Positions 35,901-50,699 of a DNA stretch of 64,000 nt are shown one piece after another. Both the position numbers and the translations under genes were made by a program. The stretch lies in assembly GCF_016432865.1 (NCBI RefSeq), contig NC_067401.1, positions 45,570,001-45,634,000 on the forward strand, read 5' to 3'. The number at the start of each line of letters is the position of its first letter. Position 1 is the stretch's first letter. This stretch comes from Antechinus flavipes. Taxonomy: Eukaryota. The notes below the pieces were generated by a model. That model was not told where the DNA came from. It ran no database searches and was given only the letters and a program-made list of their open reading frames with translations.

Positions 35901-36739
35901 TCCATTCATCAATTAATACAGTGTCATTTTCCTTCCTGAACAATGCTGAAGTTAATGTCATGTTTATCATTCCACTTTTACTTATCTGAAAGAAGTAATT
36001 TAGCTTGCTCTATAATTATGAATCCTTACCTCTTTTAAACATCTCTCATCATCTCTAAATAATTCTTTTAAATTATCAAGAGAGACTCTATGGTTTCAGT
36101 GATGATCAATTATTTTTCTTGTCCCCAAAAGTTGTTAATCAGCAAAAATGACCTTTCAATTTCAGCACTCCTTCCTGGTACTGAGAGGATGAATTCACAC
36201 ATTTTCTTTACAGTTGGAATACTAATGTACTCATGAAAAAATTCCTTAAGTATATCAAACCATCTCTGATCTGTAAGTACTTTTCTCTCATTACATTTGG
36301 CTTGAAAATTCTTATTAAAATATGATCTGAGGACAAAAATCCATTTAAAAGATCATCTTACATCAAAGTGGAAAGAGGATTTATCATTTCCCAAAAAAAC
36401 CCTGTCCTACCACATACCTTCCTTTTTCTTCTTCATGTCATGTACCACAATTTCCCCATGCTGGAAACCTGGGCTTTTATTCTCCCCTCAGGCCCTACAC
36501 ACAATCAGTTGAAAATTCCTGCTGAATCTACTCCACACCCTCTTTTGCATCTTCTCTTCCTTCCTTACACAGACGCCAACCTAGGATCAAACATTATCTC
36601 CTCCATTAAACTGCCAGCTAAAAGTAACCTTTGCCATTTTTCTTCTAGTATTTTGGTTGACTCTTTGCTGCTTCCTTCACTGAGTTATTGGAAAGAAAGT
36701 ATCTTGAGAAACTAAAAAATTTTAGAAATACATTTAATC

Positions 36740-37160
36740 TTTTTTTAAAATAGTTTTTTTAATTTTCCTAAATTCATGCAAAGATAGTACTCAATATTTA
36801 CCTTTGCAAAATTTTGTGTTCCAGATGTTTCTCCTTCCCCATAATTTAACTACAACTAATGATATATAAATTCTGATATATGAGACATGGAGTTCGTTAG
36901 AAGTGGTATCATTGAAAATGATAGGACCATTTTGCAAAAAAAAAAAAAAAAGCAACAAAGTAATGATTTAGAATATTCAGAAAAACTGTGAAGAATAATA
37001 GTAACATGACTGACTGAACATATGTAACCTATATTAAATTGTGTGTCAACTTATAGAGGAAAAAAATGAGGGAGAAAGGGAGAAAATTGGGAACTCAAAA
37101 TTTAAAAAAAATTAATGTTGAAAATTGTACTTACATGTAATAAAATATTATTAAAAACAT
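36740..37160. mobile_element. Two old LINE-1 3' fragments in opposite orientation (about 36740-36840 minus, 36890-37160 plus)
   Basis: ttttccctaaattcatgcaaagatag…ttccagatgtttctcc; and gactgaacatatgtaacctatatt…aatgttgaaaattgtacttacatgtaa. Confidence 0.6.
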
Positions 37161-37749
37161 TAAATGATGACAAACAAAAAATAATAGTAACATTTTCAAC
37201 TAAAAAAATAAATTCCATTATTAGAATTGTTTCAAAAATAGCTCATTTTCTCAAAAATCTCATATTGAAGTATAACAACTTTGCTTCATTTCCACTTTGA
37301 CAAATTATAGAAGAATTTCAGTGTCTTCAATTATAATGTATCAATATGAAAAAAACTGAAATTGAAGTTGACTTCCATGTCAACTAGAACACTGGATGAA
37401 TTATTAATCTGTTGCACATTTATACAACAGAATCAATTCTCAATAGTATTCTACTGCAGTTAATTGACCTTTTCTAAAAAAGGGGAATCAAAGCTGTACT
37501 TTTTGTACTTCTGAAATCATTACTTGCTGACATGACTGCAATCTTATCAACAAATCTACAACACTTTAGAATAGAGAAACCATAATCAAATTGTCACCTG
37601 CTTCATCTGGCAAGGTATCCAATTCAAGAATTTTCATATTAAAGTTGGGATTTACATGAAAATTTCTCACTAAGAAAAGAACATTCCTCTGATCTTTGAG
37701 ATTAGATGAATCTTTCATAAAGCCAAGGTACAAATTCTCACCCAGTCCT

Positions 37750-38280
37750 GGTCATAAAATATTTTGATGTTACTGAACAAGAACATTTTTCAAAATTGCC
37801 TTGCTCAGTTTTCATGGTAACAAAAATCTGGAAACAAAAGTAGGAGCTCATTGATGGGAAATGACTCCAATGAACACATTGTGGCATATGAATGCTATAC
37901 ACTGTAAGAAGCAACGTATATGAATAATTCAAAAAAAACATGGAAACACAAATCAATTGTTTCAAGGAGATGAAAGGGGACCAGGAGAACAATATATACA
38001 ATGACCATGATGATGTTAGACTAAAAGAGAACAGCATTCAAATTAAATGAAATTACCAATCTTTGTCCTCAAAGAATAGTATACCTCAGCTCTTTTGTGG
38101 ATAGATAGTAAAAGAATAGATATATAAAATTTTGTATACACTGCTAATTACAGCTTTGTTGTTCAGCTTTTCTTAACTGCCCTTTGTTACAAAGGAACAT
38201 TCTGGTGGGAGAAGGTAGGTTATGTCAGGAATTGATTTGTAAAATGCAAAAGGCACCAATAAAACTTGAAAATCAAAATG
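37750..38280 (+). mobile_element. Old LINE-1 3' fragment
   Basis: cttgctcagttttcatggtaacaaaaatctggaaacaa…atgaatgctatacactgtaagaa…accaataaaa. Confidence 0.6.
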
Positions 38281-39376
38281 CCTTTTTATTCATGCTAATG
38301 GAAATTTAGATTCAAATAATGTACAGAGAAGTTTAATCTCAAGATGTGAAACTGAGATTATATTTTATAGTGTGATATACAATACTGCTTTTCTCACAAA
38401 TCCTATTTTTTAAAAAAACTTTTATGAGAAATTTCTTCATTGGAAAACTGAAGTTCCAGATCTGACACCTAACTGATATTTTTTTGACTGAATATGCAAA
38501 TGCCAGACATTCTGCCATGAGGAATATTTACTGCACTAACATTTGGATGTAAAATGTTAAGTATTGATCCTCATAAAAGTATATTGTTTTGTAAGCTCTG
38601 CTTGTTAAAAATTTACTCTCTTTCCTTGACTTTGGCATTCATTTGAATACTAAAGTAAGATTTTTAAAAGATTGCAAATGCATTTAAAGCAATTTCAAAT
38701 ATAGTACAGTATGAAAATAATTACTTATCATAACATTTTTCTGTATCATTTTAAGATTTACAAAGTACTCTCCTCATACCTACCCTGTCAGATAGAGTAG
38801 TACTATTTATTTAGTAGTACTTCATTTTAAAAATGAGGAAACAAAATCCATTGATTTATGTAGGGTCACATAGTGTCAAAGGTAAGATTAGAACCCAGAC
38901 CTTCTGACTCTAAATTCCCTACTCTTTCCACAAAACAATTATGAGAAACAGGTGGGCATTTATTTTGTTTCCACGGTTATGATAATTAAATTGGAGAAAT
39001 GAAAATTAAATCAGAAAATTGAAACCCACATGGACATCAGAGGGTGGTAAAGGGTGGAAGTTATATCGCCCAAAAAAATATAAGAATGTAAGCTCCTTAG
39101 GGCCAGGGACTGAGTTTTGTAATAAGGGCTGGCGGTCTCAGATTTGAAAAGAATTTTTTGTTCTTTGCCTTCCCTTTCTAGAATAGAAGCTCCATAGGGA
39201 CAGGGACTGGATTGAATGGGAAACACTCTGCCATGTTAAGCTTTTGATAGTCACAGGTTTTCTTAACTCACATTTTTAGAAATTATGCTTTAGAAACCCC
39301 AGCCAATGGGAAAAGGAGCCAGGGGGTTGGGGAGAGGAGCTTACATTAGAGAATAAAAAATAATTGTCCCTTTGCT

Positions 39377-39378
<2 letters not shown>

Positions 39379-39414
<36 letters not shown>
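39379..39414. repeat. (TG)18 microsatellite
   Basis: Direct reading. Confidence 0.97.
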
Positions 39415-39416
<2 letters not shown>

Positions 39417-39723
39417 TCAAACCAAGCTTTATATGTCAGAGACAGCGCAGAGACTTTCTCATGAGAAAATTAGAAATAAACTTTTTTCTGTACATATACT
39501 CTGACTTCTGGTGGTTTTAGTGGTCACTACCATTCCACACAAAATGCTGTAGCTTCATAATATTATTCCATATAGTGCAGTATCTGTGGACTTTGTGCCT
39601 AGAAATAGCATGACTTCCCACACCACGCCACTTTGGCTCAGGTCCCAAATGCAAACCTACTAATATTCATACATTATTATAAGTTTACATAGTATGAATG
39701 TGGTGTTTTAGGATAACAACAAA

Positions 39724-40040
39724 TGTTGGGGTTCGGTCATGTGAAGAATTCACAATGGCCATTCTCTTTGGCAAAAGGTAGGTTTATTTAGAAGACATTA
39801 TGAACAAAATGAAGAGATGCAATAGATACCAGGAATGGAAAATATGAAATAGAATTGGGAGAGCATATAGTTAGCAAGAAAAGGGTTTTAATAATGATGG
39901 AAAAGATAAGCTCTCTAGTGGAACCCATAATTATAACCAGGAGAAAGGGAATACTCCATGAGTTTGGAGCATACCCTTAGTTGTCAAGCTAAATCCATTG
40001 AAGAGTTTAGCACCCTAAAAAAGGTTTAGTTAACTGTAAG
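39724..40040 (-). mobile_element. LTR fragment, same family as 2115-2340
   Basis: Begins tgttggggttcggtca (LTR end …aaccccaaca on minus); shares …ccaggaatggaaaatatgaaatagaa… with the 1981-2292 element. Confidence 0.7.
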
Positions 40041-40129
40041 TATTTTTCCTTTTTTCATGTTTTTCTTAGAGACCTATAATTTTAACATTGATACTGTATG
40101 ACCTGTCTTCAAAATCAGTAGCTTTTTTT

Positions 40130-41300
40130 CATTTTTTCTTTTTCATTTTTTAGTAAAGCCTTTTGTTTTCAAAACATGTGCATGGATAATTTTCAATATT
40201 CACCCTTGAGAAATCTTATGTTCCAAATTTTTTCTCTGCCTTCCCCCCATCTTCTCCCCTAAATGGCCAGTAATCCAATTAAACATTTAAACAAGTTAAA
40301 CATGTGCAATTCTTCTATACATATTTCCACAATTATCATGTTGCCAAGAAAAATATCAAAAAGGAAAAAAATGAGAAAACAAAATGCAAGCAAACAACAA
40401 CAAAAAGAGTGAAAATACTATGTTGTGAACCACATTCAGTTCCCACAGCCCTCTCGCTGGGTGCAGATGGCTCTCTTCATCACAAGACCTTTGGAACTGT
40501 CCTGAATCATTCCATTGTTGAAAAGAACCATGTCCATCAGAATTGATTGTCATATAATCCTCTTGTTACTGGGTACAATGTTCTCCTGGTTCTATTCATT
40601 TTACTTATCAGTTCATGTAAGTCTCTCCAGACTTCTCTGAAATCATCCTCCTGATCATTCCTTACAGAACAATAATATTCCATAGCATTCATATACTACA
40701 ACTTATCCAGCCATTCTCTAACTGATGGGCATTCACTCAGTTTCTACTTTTTTGCCCCTACCAAAAGTGCCACCAATGACCCATTTTTGCACATGTGGGT
40801 CCCTATCCCTCCTTTATGCAGATTATAAGTTCTGCTATTTGATCTCTTCTAACTTGTTCTCTTATGAATTTCTGTCTCTTTTGAACTATTCTAAAACATC
40901 TCATTTGGCTATGCTCTCTTGGCATTTAAAAGGCTCCATTTCATAAGGCATTGGTTCAATTTGCTTTTCCTTATAATATTTATCTAAACATGGGTGTGAA
41001 ATTTTTTTAGTATTCATCCTTCCTTCCAATTTTAGTATTTGTTAATTTATCTGCTTGTACTCTAGATTTTTAATTAAATTTCCTTTCCCTTGAAATCTTG
41101 GCTGGTTTTGGAATTATTTTCTGTATATTCTTTTAGTCACTTTCTGTCTCCCCACCCTTTACAAATATCCCTCAAGTTAAACTGCCAAGCTGTCTTGTTA
41201 TTCTTCCAAGTTGAAAATCTTAGTTTTCATAGGCCTGGGTCCCTGACTCAAATAAGTTCTGGACAGAAAGGACTTCCAATTCTCTCTCTCTCTTTTTTAA
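40130..41300 (-). mobile_element. LINE-1 fragments (3' UTR/ORF2 end 40130-40800 plus an older upstream ORF piece)
   Basis: gtgcatggataattttcaatattcacccttg…cagttcatgtaagtctctccag…cagccattctctaactgatgggcat. Confidence 0.8.
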
Positions 41301-44300
41301 CTATATAGCCATCCAAGGGGACAGTAGGAGTTATTTCTCTTTTTCTTGTTCTTTCTTTTTCTAATGAAGCTTTTTTTTTTTCAGCAGTGGGAGAAAACAG
41401 GATATGTGATTCTTTAGCCTTTATATTTTATGGCTTTTTCGAAATATGCACATATTTTTGTTGCAATACTTCCTTCTGTGTGAGCCTTTGGACTCAATAG
41501 AAATGGTGAAGAAGAGTGCAAGATCTCATGACCATGCAGATACATCAGCAACAGGCAGAGGTGAGGGATTCAAACAGTTAACATGTAAGTCATTCTGTCT
41601 TGGCTTAGAGCTGTTTTGCTTGGGGGACTAAATTGCTAATAACCCTGGAAGCTATTTTTATTCCCTATTTGGTAAGAGAGGCAACTTGTAGGAGTCAAAA
41701 GCTAGGGCAAAGTTTTCCTTTGTTACAGTGGTTTTAAAAAATCTCTGGAGAGGGAGATGTGGAAAGAGAATTAGAATAAGGAGGGCAGCCCATTGCATGT
41801 GGCCCCAGAGCAGAATAGAGAAAACAAAAGATGAATAAATTCACTTCATTTATACAATTTATTCCATTTCTTGCTTTACCTTTCCATTTCTGTGTCACAT
41901 GCATGAGCAGTATGTTTCATTACTAAGTGTGAGAAACTGATGGACATTTATTTGGTTTTCACAGTTATAAAAATTAATCTGGAGAAATGAAACTTGAACT
42001 AGAAACTTGCAAGGACATCAAAGAATAATCAAGGATGGAGTTTATCTTCCCCCAACAGAAAGTAAGAATTGCTAGTTATTTGTATTTTTTAAGGCAATAA
42101 AATTTTAATTGCAACCTGAACTGGTCTTCTTATAGGATGTGTAATAAAAGGGGAATCTATGGATAATATCCTACAATACTTTTGACTGGCTAGGAAATCT
42201 CCCTGACTTGGTGATTATCAATGTAAATTTTAAATGAAAACAGCCAATACAACAAATGACCATAATGATGATTTTGATTCAGCCAGAAGAGGCTAAATTA
42301 AGTTCACAAGGAAGAGAAGGAAAGGAGGGTGGGGGGAAAAACACATTTATTAAGCCCCTACTATGTGTAAACTGTGTGGAGTTTTTTGTTTGTTTTTGTG
42401 TTTTAGCACTCTAGGTTCTGTATTCTTAATAAGGCTTGAGTTATAATTGCTTAGAAAGAATGAATTCTAAGATAAAGAAGAAACAGTTGTCCTCTACCTA
42501 TACACTGGCCAAAAGGTTGTATGATACTGGATCCTTATTTGCCACACACTGTACTAACTATTTATATATTTTATCTCATTTGAGCCTAAAATGAATTCTA
42601 TTAACATCCTCAAACTTATGGCTGGAGAAACTGAGGTAGAGAGAAATTAAATGACATTATCTTATTAGGGAAGTAAGGAAATATTTATCAAATTTGGGAA
42701 GATTTCCATCAAAGGAGGGAAAAAAAAAGAAACAAGATGATACATAATTATAATGATCAAACTCCTCCCCCCACAAAAAGAAATAATACTCTCCCGGAAC
42801 CTCTCACTTTACAGATATAGAAGACTATAGGTATACACTATTTTATATACTTTTAATTTTGGTTTATGGTGTTTTATTTTACTAAACTGCTTTTTTTTTC
42901 TTTCTCTTTCATCTTTTGTTATAAGGGATCACTCGAAAAAAAAGAGGAGAAAACATATTTGGAAAGGAAAGCAACATGAAAAGAAAATCAATATTTAAAC
43001 TTTTTTTTATCAAAATGGTTAAACAATTTCAGTTGATTTTACATGTCATTGAGTAACTATAAAATCACCTAGGGTAAAAATAATATGTTTAGGTCTAATC
43101 ATTCTTGTTAATGTCAGTTTTTATGTCTTTCTCTGTTTATTAGAAAGGTGAACAGTCTCTATTCATGTTCATTCAGCTGCATATTACTGGTGATACATAT
43201 ATATATTATATAAAATTCCATATATACATGTATATATGTAAAGATATACAAAATTCCTTAACACATAGCTCTATTAAGAATGAATATAGCTGAGATTTTG
43301 TGAATTCTTGTAGGAAGAGAAACAGACTTTATGTCTCATGAATTTCTATTACCTACTTATTAATTAGATAAAACTAATGTTTGTGTTGGGATTATATATG
43401 TAAATTTTTTTCCTCTCCAGTACAGTGACTTGGTATTGACTAAGTGATGTGGGAATATATCATAACCGTGAGCCAAGGTTACTTATCAATCCTGGAAAAA
43501 ACGTTTCTCTCCTTCCAAAGGTACTTTAGTTGCTTCATGCTTGAACAAACTTTGGTGAAGTTAGTGATTTCCAATTATAAATTGTAAGAACATATTTGCT
43601 TTAGTACTATTCTAAAATTTCAAATGAGAAAAGAAACTTGAAAGTTCTCCTTCACTGACAGTTCTGTTTAATAGTCTAATGAAGTAACTAACATTTGTCC
43701 TGAGAATTCAGAGCCTACTGCTAAGACATAAGGAAATGAAACACTTTTTAAAGAGTTGGGAGAGTATAGAAGGAACTCAGATTTGGCTTCAGTAAATCTA
43801 GATGTGAGTATAACTCTTGCTTTTTAATTTTTTAAAATTTTTTACCTAGCATTGTAAATTTGAGCAAGGGATTTGTGGTCCCAATGTCTTAATTTTTTTG
43901 TCTGTCTACCTCATAGGATGATTATGAGAATCACTAAATTATAAGCTTCTTGGGGTTGGGGACTGTCTTTTGCCTCTTTGTTTCCCTGGTACTAATAGGC
44001 TCAGTACCTGGCACATAGTAGGCATTTAATAAATGTTTAGGAATTGATTGATCAAATCAGATACTATCCATATGTATATGTGCAATGTCAAAATCCTTCC
44101 ACCAAAACCATCCCTCTCTTCTTACTATTTGAAGACACCCTGTTTTCCACAGCCATGGCCCAGCAAGCAGACTCTGTCCTAAATTGGCTTAATAATAATC
44201 TTTTGTGGTTTACCTTCTGAATGATCTCAGTTGCAGCAAAATCCCAAAATTGTTTCATGCCAACACCAGACAAGCTCAGACAAGTAGCCACATTCTAGTC

Positions 44301-44403
44301 ATAAAGTCCTGCTCTGAATCAAACTTCTCTTTGTTGCTGTTATCCCTCATTGCCAGGGTCACAGTTCATTTCATAACCACTAATATAAGTTCAAAATCAA
44401 GAT

Positions 44404-44531
44404 TTGGGACAACTAGTGGATAGAATACCAGCCTTGAAGTCTGGAAGATTTGAGTTCAAATCTGGCCTCAAACACTGAACACTTTTTGGCTGTGTGACTC
44501 TGGGTAAGTCACTTAACCCCAATTGCCTTAG
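44404..44531 (+). mobile_element. WSINE1-like SINE
   Basis: tggatagaataccagccttgaagtc…gagttcaaatctggcctca…gtgactctgggtaagtcacttaaccccaattgcct. Confidence 0.85.
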
Positions 44532-44689
44532 CAAAAATTTTTTTTAAAAATTGAGATTTGGCTACACTAAAGAAGATCTCCAATTAGAGGAAGCCATCCA
44601 GGAACATGGGTCTACTTTCCCTCCTCTAACAGAATAAAGAAAATTTTTGCTTATAACTACTGTTAGGTCATTCGGTTTTATTTTATCTC

Positions 44690-44692
<3 letters not shown>

Positions 44693-44756
<64 letters not shown>
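44693..44756. repeat. (TC)32 microsatellite
   Basis: Direct reading. Confidence 0.97.
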
Positions 44757-44761
<5 letters not shown>

Positions 44762-46498
44762 GTAGTTGTTTGCTTGTTGGGGTGGAGCTTGCTCTCTGAT
44801 TAATTTAGAATTAGCAGCACTGCAGAGCTGCTCTGATGTTTTGGGTATTTGTTATCAGGGTTAAGAGCACACACATATTAATATGGGCCAGAGTAAACTC
44901 AAGTTGAAATTCTGGAAACTTTTACTAATAATTTAGTGATTTATAGTTGTAGCTATGTGGTCCAGTGTGTAGAGAACTGGTTGTGGAATCTAAGATCAGA
45001 GGAAGGCTCAGGTACTTATTGGTTTAGTACTCTACTCAAATTATTCAATCTCTCTTAACCTTAGATTTCTCATCGATAAAATGCGAATCTGTAAAATCTA
45101 TGAAATGCAAATAATGATCACTGCCTTCTAGCATTGTTGAGAGGAATACCTCAAGCTTTCTTTAAACGATGTAAATGCTGGCTATTATCTTGGTGTTTTG
45201 TCCCTTACCTTATCCAAAAATTAAATAACCAGTGATTTTTTAAAATTTTAATTTGGTTGTGGAAGTAAGTTTTATTCTTCAGGTCTCATGCAAAGTCCAG
45301 TTATATTGCTAATTAAATTGCCCACAATGTACAATCCTCAAAAATAGTTCAATAAAACAATATAAAGAGTGATTATAACCGGCTCAGGCCTAGATTTTCT
45401 GTGTTAGCACATCCAGCAAAGAATATCTTTGAAATGGTAAACATTTAATCAGGTCAGAAAGGAATATTAAAGTAACAAAAATAGTACCATCCACATTCCC
45501 AAATGAGGTCAGCATCCTTCCCCTTCCCCCTCAGAGGAGCTCAAGATTCATCTCCTAATTCATGACTTTAACATATAGTCAGTGTTTTTGTAGCTGAAGG
45601 GAATTTGGGGAAGATTATCTTGGGGTTGAAGATTTTAGTGAAAACTATATCTAGGGCAACCTGAGCTGCTATTCCTCTCTTCTCAAGCCTCCTAGTTTCT
45701 GCTTGCTAGGGTTCCCAACTTGCCTTTTTTCTTCTTGCACACATCACTCCTTCTCTGAATGTCCTTCCTCCCCAGCTATCTCACCTAGAGGAGGGACAGA
45801 GAACAAAATCTTCAATCTGAGGCTGGAGGGAAAATTTTTTCACTCTTCATTAGCATGTAAGTCTCTCCCCTTCCAAATTCTTTCCCATTATTTGGAGGGG
45901 GAAAATGTATCCAGACCAGTCCCATGAGAAGTGAGAACCTGTCCCATATTTTGTAACTGCACTTTGCTATATGAATGTGAGCTATTATTATTCTTTAACA
46001 ATATCTGGCCCATGGCTAGGTGCAAATTGTACCTTTTGAAGGGCAGCAGAGAAAAGATAGGGACTGTAATTATCTAATTTTGTAGTCCAGAAGACAGATG
46101 AAAAGAAAAATGTGCTGGTAAACTCAGAGAGTCTGGATTCAAATATCAATTCTGCCATTACTTTTCCATGAATCCCAGAGAAGTCACCTAGTCTATTTGG
46201 ACTAGCTGACTTCTAAGAACTTTTCCAGCTCTAAATATGTAATCCCATATTTTATTTAAGATGTTTAATTCTGACTTCATAGCTTATAGTTGTGGAGATT
46301 AAATGAGATAGATAGTAATTTGCAAACCTTTGCAAAAGTTCTATTCAAATGCTGGTGTTTTATACATACTAGGTACTTGTTAATTTTTTTTTTTTAATAA
46401 ATGAGAAAATAATAATCCCTTCAAGATTTTTAGAAAAGCAGGAAGGTTTTTTGTTCTGTCTTATTTTGTTAATGTTGATTTAAACAAGGATTTTTAAA

Positions 46499-46623
46499 AA
46501 ATAGTATTTAATTTTTACCCAATTGTTTGTCAAGACAATTTTTAGCATACAATTTTTTATGAGATTTTGAGTTCCAGATTTTTCTCCCACCCTCCCTCTT
46601 CTCCTTCCTAAAATGGTAGGCAA
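46499..46623 (-). mobile_element. Short LINE-1 3' fragment with long TSD
   Basis: TSD tttaaacaaggatttttaaa (46479-46498) / tttaaacaaagatttttaaa (46624-46643), 1 mismatch. Confidence 0.75.
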
Positions 46624-47158
46624 TTTAAACAAAGATTTTTAAAGTTAATTGTCAAGTAGCTAAAGCTCGTAGTGACAAGAAGCCTGGATTAGAGTTAGAT
46701 AATCTGTATTAAAACTTGGGTTCCATTATTTGCTTCTTGTATGAGCTTAATGACTCCCCTAAATATCTTTGGGATTAATCAAAAGATCTTGAAGTCTTAA
46801 AAATATATATAATTAGTAATAAATATAACTATAAAATAAATTTTAAAAAGCTTGAGATCTTTGTAGTCTCCTCTGTAACTTCTAAAGTTTCTCTCACTTC
46901 TTGGTGGGGAATAGGGTACAAGTCAAAAGTGATATCCTCTCCTTCTTGACTCTATTTTCATCACCTTTGTCCCCAACTCCCAGATCAGTGATTTTATTAT
47001 GAGTTCAGTTGCAATAAAATAAAAAGATTATTGTCACTGAACAGAATTGCACTCATGATAAGAAATACAGGAGGGCCAATAAGGTGACCACAAGAAAGAA
47101 ATAGTGGTAGCCCAATGGAGGTGATGTTTTAGATCATATGACCCTTTAAATAACTTTC

Positions 47159-47336
47159 TTTTTTTTATTTTTATTTAATAATTACTTTATATTGACAGAA
47201 TCCATGCCAGGGTAATTTTTTTACAACATTATCCCTTGCACTCGTTTCCGATTTTTCCCTTCCCTGCCTCCACCCCCTCTCCTAGATGGCAAGCAGTCCT
47301 ATATATGTTAGATATGTTGCAGTATATCCTAGATTG
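47159..47336 (-). mobile_element. Young LINE-1 3' end (178 bp)
   Basis: TSD AATAACTTTC at 47149-47158 and 47337-47346; polyT plus L1 tail. Confidence 0.9.
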
Positions 47337-50217
47337 AATAACTTTCAAACCACCTAAACTACAGGTGAAGTTTCTGACTTCACAGACATTAGAGATACCA
47401 TATTTCATTTTCCTTATGTGAGATTTTTTTGGGGGTGAATGAAATGTCCATAATTCTTAATAATTTTCAGTCTTCTACTAGTACCTACAAACTTGACAAA
47501 CGAGTTAAGTAAATGAACAGTGATCTCTAATTATACTGTAACAAAACTCCTTTATAACATCGATCACTGGACCATAGATGTGGTTACTATGTACAACCCT
47601 TATAGGAGACAGGTATAGTGAATAGGGTCCTAGAATCTAGAACTCCCAGGTCAGGAAGACTTGAATTTGAACACTATCTTAGATACTAACTTGGACAAGT
47701 CAGAATCTTAATTTGCTCATCTATAAAATGGGGGTTAGACTCAATTAACTCTGAGATCCTGTACAGATGTAAAATGAATTTTCAACAAAATAGCAGGTAT
47801 CTCAAAAATCTAATTTAGTATATTATATGAAGGTTTTTCTATCTAACCCATACCTTTCCTATTACAATCAAGCCAATTTCCTCATATTTTGAAGACAGAA
47901 AACAATGTATTATTGTCCTCTCTACAAAGAGAATATTGTAAATCTCTCAGAGAGTAGAAAGATGATAGTGCTGGGAGCATAGTGCATTCTGGACATCCTG
48001 TTTATTTGGCTGGATGAGAAAGGTTGGAGCTATCTCTGTTTGGTTAGATGTTATCATGAGTCAAGAGAAGTAGGTGGTTGGTGTTTGTGCATGTGGGTTA
48101 TGGACCCAGAGATAGTGAGCGACAGAACAGGCCAGAAGATTCATATGTGAGCAAAACAAACACCAGCACAAGGACAGAAAGAAGGCATATAACAGAACAT
48201 TCTAAGTTTAACTCCAAAACTGTGTGGGGAGTGAAATCCCGAATCTGCCAGAAGGAATGCCATCAGTCTAAGAACTTGTTGAATCAGGGCCCCAGAAGGC
48301 ATAGTTATGTCTGACAATACAACTCTCCCAATATGAAGGTGCAGTGGAAAGAGAAAACAGGACAAAGGCTTGCTTCAGCTACCTACTAGTCCTGTCACCG
48401 TGAGCCAATCATTTACATTTCTGTCTTGGTTTCCTTGTATAGGAAAAGAGTATGAAAAAGAACTTCCTTATTGTCCAAGAGTTGTATAAATAGAAGCCAT
48501 CTGATTATGAATTCAATAACTGAGACATATACTTTACTAGTCACTTAGTCAACAAGTATTTATCACTTATTAGGTGTCAGGCACTATGCTAAATGCTGGG
48601 GATACAAGAAAGTCAAAAAAATCACATTTACTTATGCTTGTGATGGCTTTTTCCTGTCCTAGAATTTTTTTTTTCTTTCTAGGGAGTAAGGTACCTAATT
48701 TCAGTCCTGATAAATAACCAGGAAACACTTCTTTCAAAATTGTAAATTGCAAATTCTTGATAACAGGTCAGTCCATGGTATATATGGAGGTACCACATTA
48801 TGTCGCAATGTAGACTTTGCTCCACTTGATGATCTGAGAGATAATTGCACAACTTTTGAGTTTCAATTCACCTTTCCAGTTCATATGCCTCAGCAAGGCC
48901 TTGTGGACGAGTACAAGAAAACTTTGGGGTGAATCTCACCTCTGACATTAGCTGGGTTGCTCTGGGCAAGTCCCTTAATCTCTCAATCCTCTTTTTTTCT
49001 CATGTATTAAATGGGAAAAATAATACTTAAAGTACTAATCACATAAGATTGTGAGATAATATAAAATCATGTATGAAAAACCCTTTGTAAATATTACTTT
49101 TTAAAAACTAGAAACCCAACTCTTATTAATATCTATCTATCATCTGTCTATATGTGTGTGTATGTGATTGTGGAAAACACATTCATTAATTTATTTTTAA
49201 CTTTATTTTCAGTTACAGATCTCTCCCTTGGCTCTCTCTCCCATCCTTTGAGAAAGCAAGAAATATGATACCCATCATACATATGAAGTCATCTTTGTAA
49301 ACTTTAAACAATTAGATAAATATAATTTTTCTGCCTGTTGAAATTCTTTGTCTAGTGAAATGCAAGTTTTTTGAGGGCAGAGTGTTCTTTTTCTTGAACC
49401 CTAAAGTACCTGGCACAAATACTTAAAAAATTGTCTGGAGAATTGAATGAAAAACTAAACTTGATTATAGTCATTTGGGGCTTAGCTGTCTGTGAGTAGC
49501 AGCAACATTGTGACTTTTCAATTGCTTTAAATAAGATGACAAATTGTCCTTGTAGCATTTAAGAGCAGATTTGAAATGCCCCTAACTAGAGGCAGTTGGG
49601 TGGCACAGTAGTTAGAATTCTGGGCTTAGAGTCAGCAAAAGTCGAGTATGAATTCAGCCTCAGACACAAACTTACCTGCTGTGTCACCTTGACCAAATCT
49701 TTCAGGCTTTGTCTATCTCAGTTTTCTTATCTGAAAAAGGCTTAACAATAGCACTTACCTCCCAGGTAGATTATGAGATATTTGTAAAGCACTTTGCTAA
49801 CTTTAAGTCACTAATATAATAAGAATTATTACTATTATTATTACTTCATAGGACTATGGTGAGGAAAATACTTTGTAAATCTGAAGACCACACAAATGTT
49901 AACTTTTATTATTTTTGTTATTCAAAGTAAAGCTCAGAGTTATGATAGAATTCTTGATTTATAGCTGAAAGGGACTTTTGGGATCATCAGTTCTGGCCCT
50001 CTTCATTTTAAAGATAGAGAAACTGATGAGAACTGCTTCCCACTTCTCTCTGGTTTACATTTATTAGTGTCAATTCCTAACACTAATTAAGCAGCTCTTA
50101 GGAACCAGGTAGAGCAGAAAGGAAGGATGATAATGAGGACTTAGCCTGCCTGCATTTTAACATTGAAATCTGAAAATTAACACACTACAAAATGAACCCT
50201 CACAAATAGAAAGTAAA

Positions 50218-50218
<1 letters not shown>

Positions 50219-50254
<36 letters not shown>
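50219..50254. repeat. (TG)18 microsatellite
   Basis: Direct reading. Confidence 0.97.
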
Positions 50255-50257
<3 letters not shown>

Positions 50258-50699
50258 TCCATGGAATAAACTAATTAAAACTGGGAAGAGATGTTAGAAG
50301 TCACTTAATTCAGTTCCTCATCTCATTATCCACCATATGCATAGTTTCCCTCTCACGTGGTAAGTCACTCCATTTCTAGGTAGTAGAATGGAAATTTGAA
50401 CCCTTGTCTTCTGATTCCACATCAAGATTCTTTTTACTGTAGCACTTGTTCAATGTAACTTGTATCTCTCTAGACTACAAGTACTTTTCCTTTGTTACTC
50501 TAGGACAGGACTCTCTATCAGACATTAATTAGATCTAGAGATTTATCAACTCCACCCCAGCTCACCTCACTCCATCCCATCCCTCCCCACCACAACCTTT
50601 TCATCTGCCTTTGAAAAGAAACCAGGCTTCTTTCCCATTGGTTAGTTCCCTCATCTTGTTTTTCTTATTTTTCACATAGGAATGAATATTTCTCTATTA

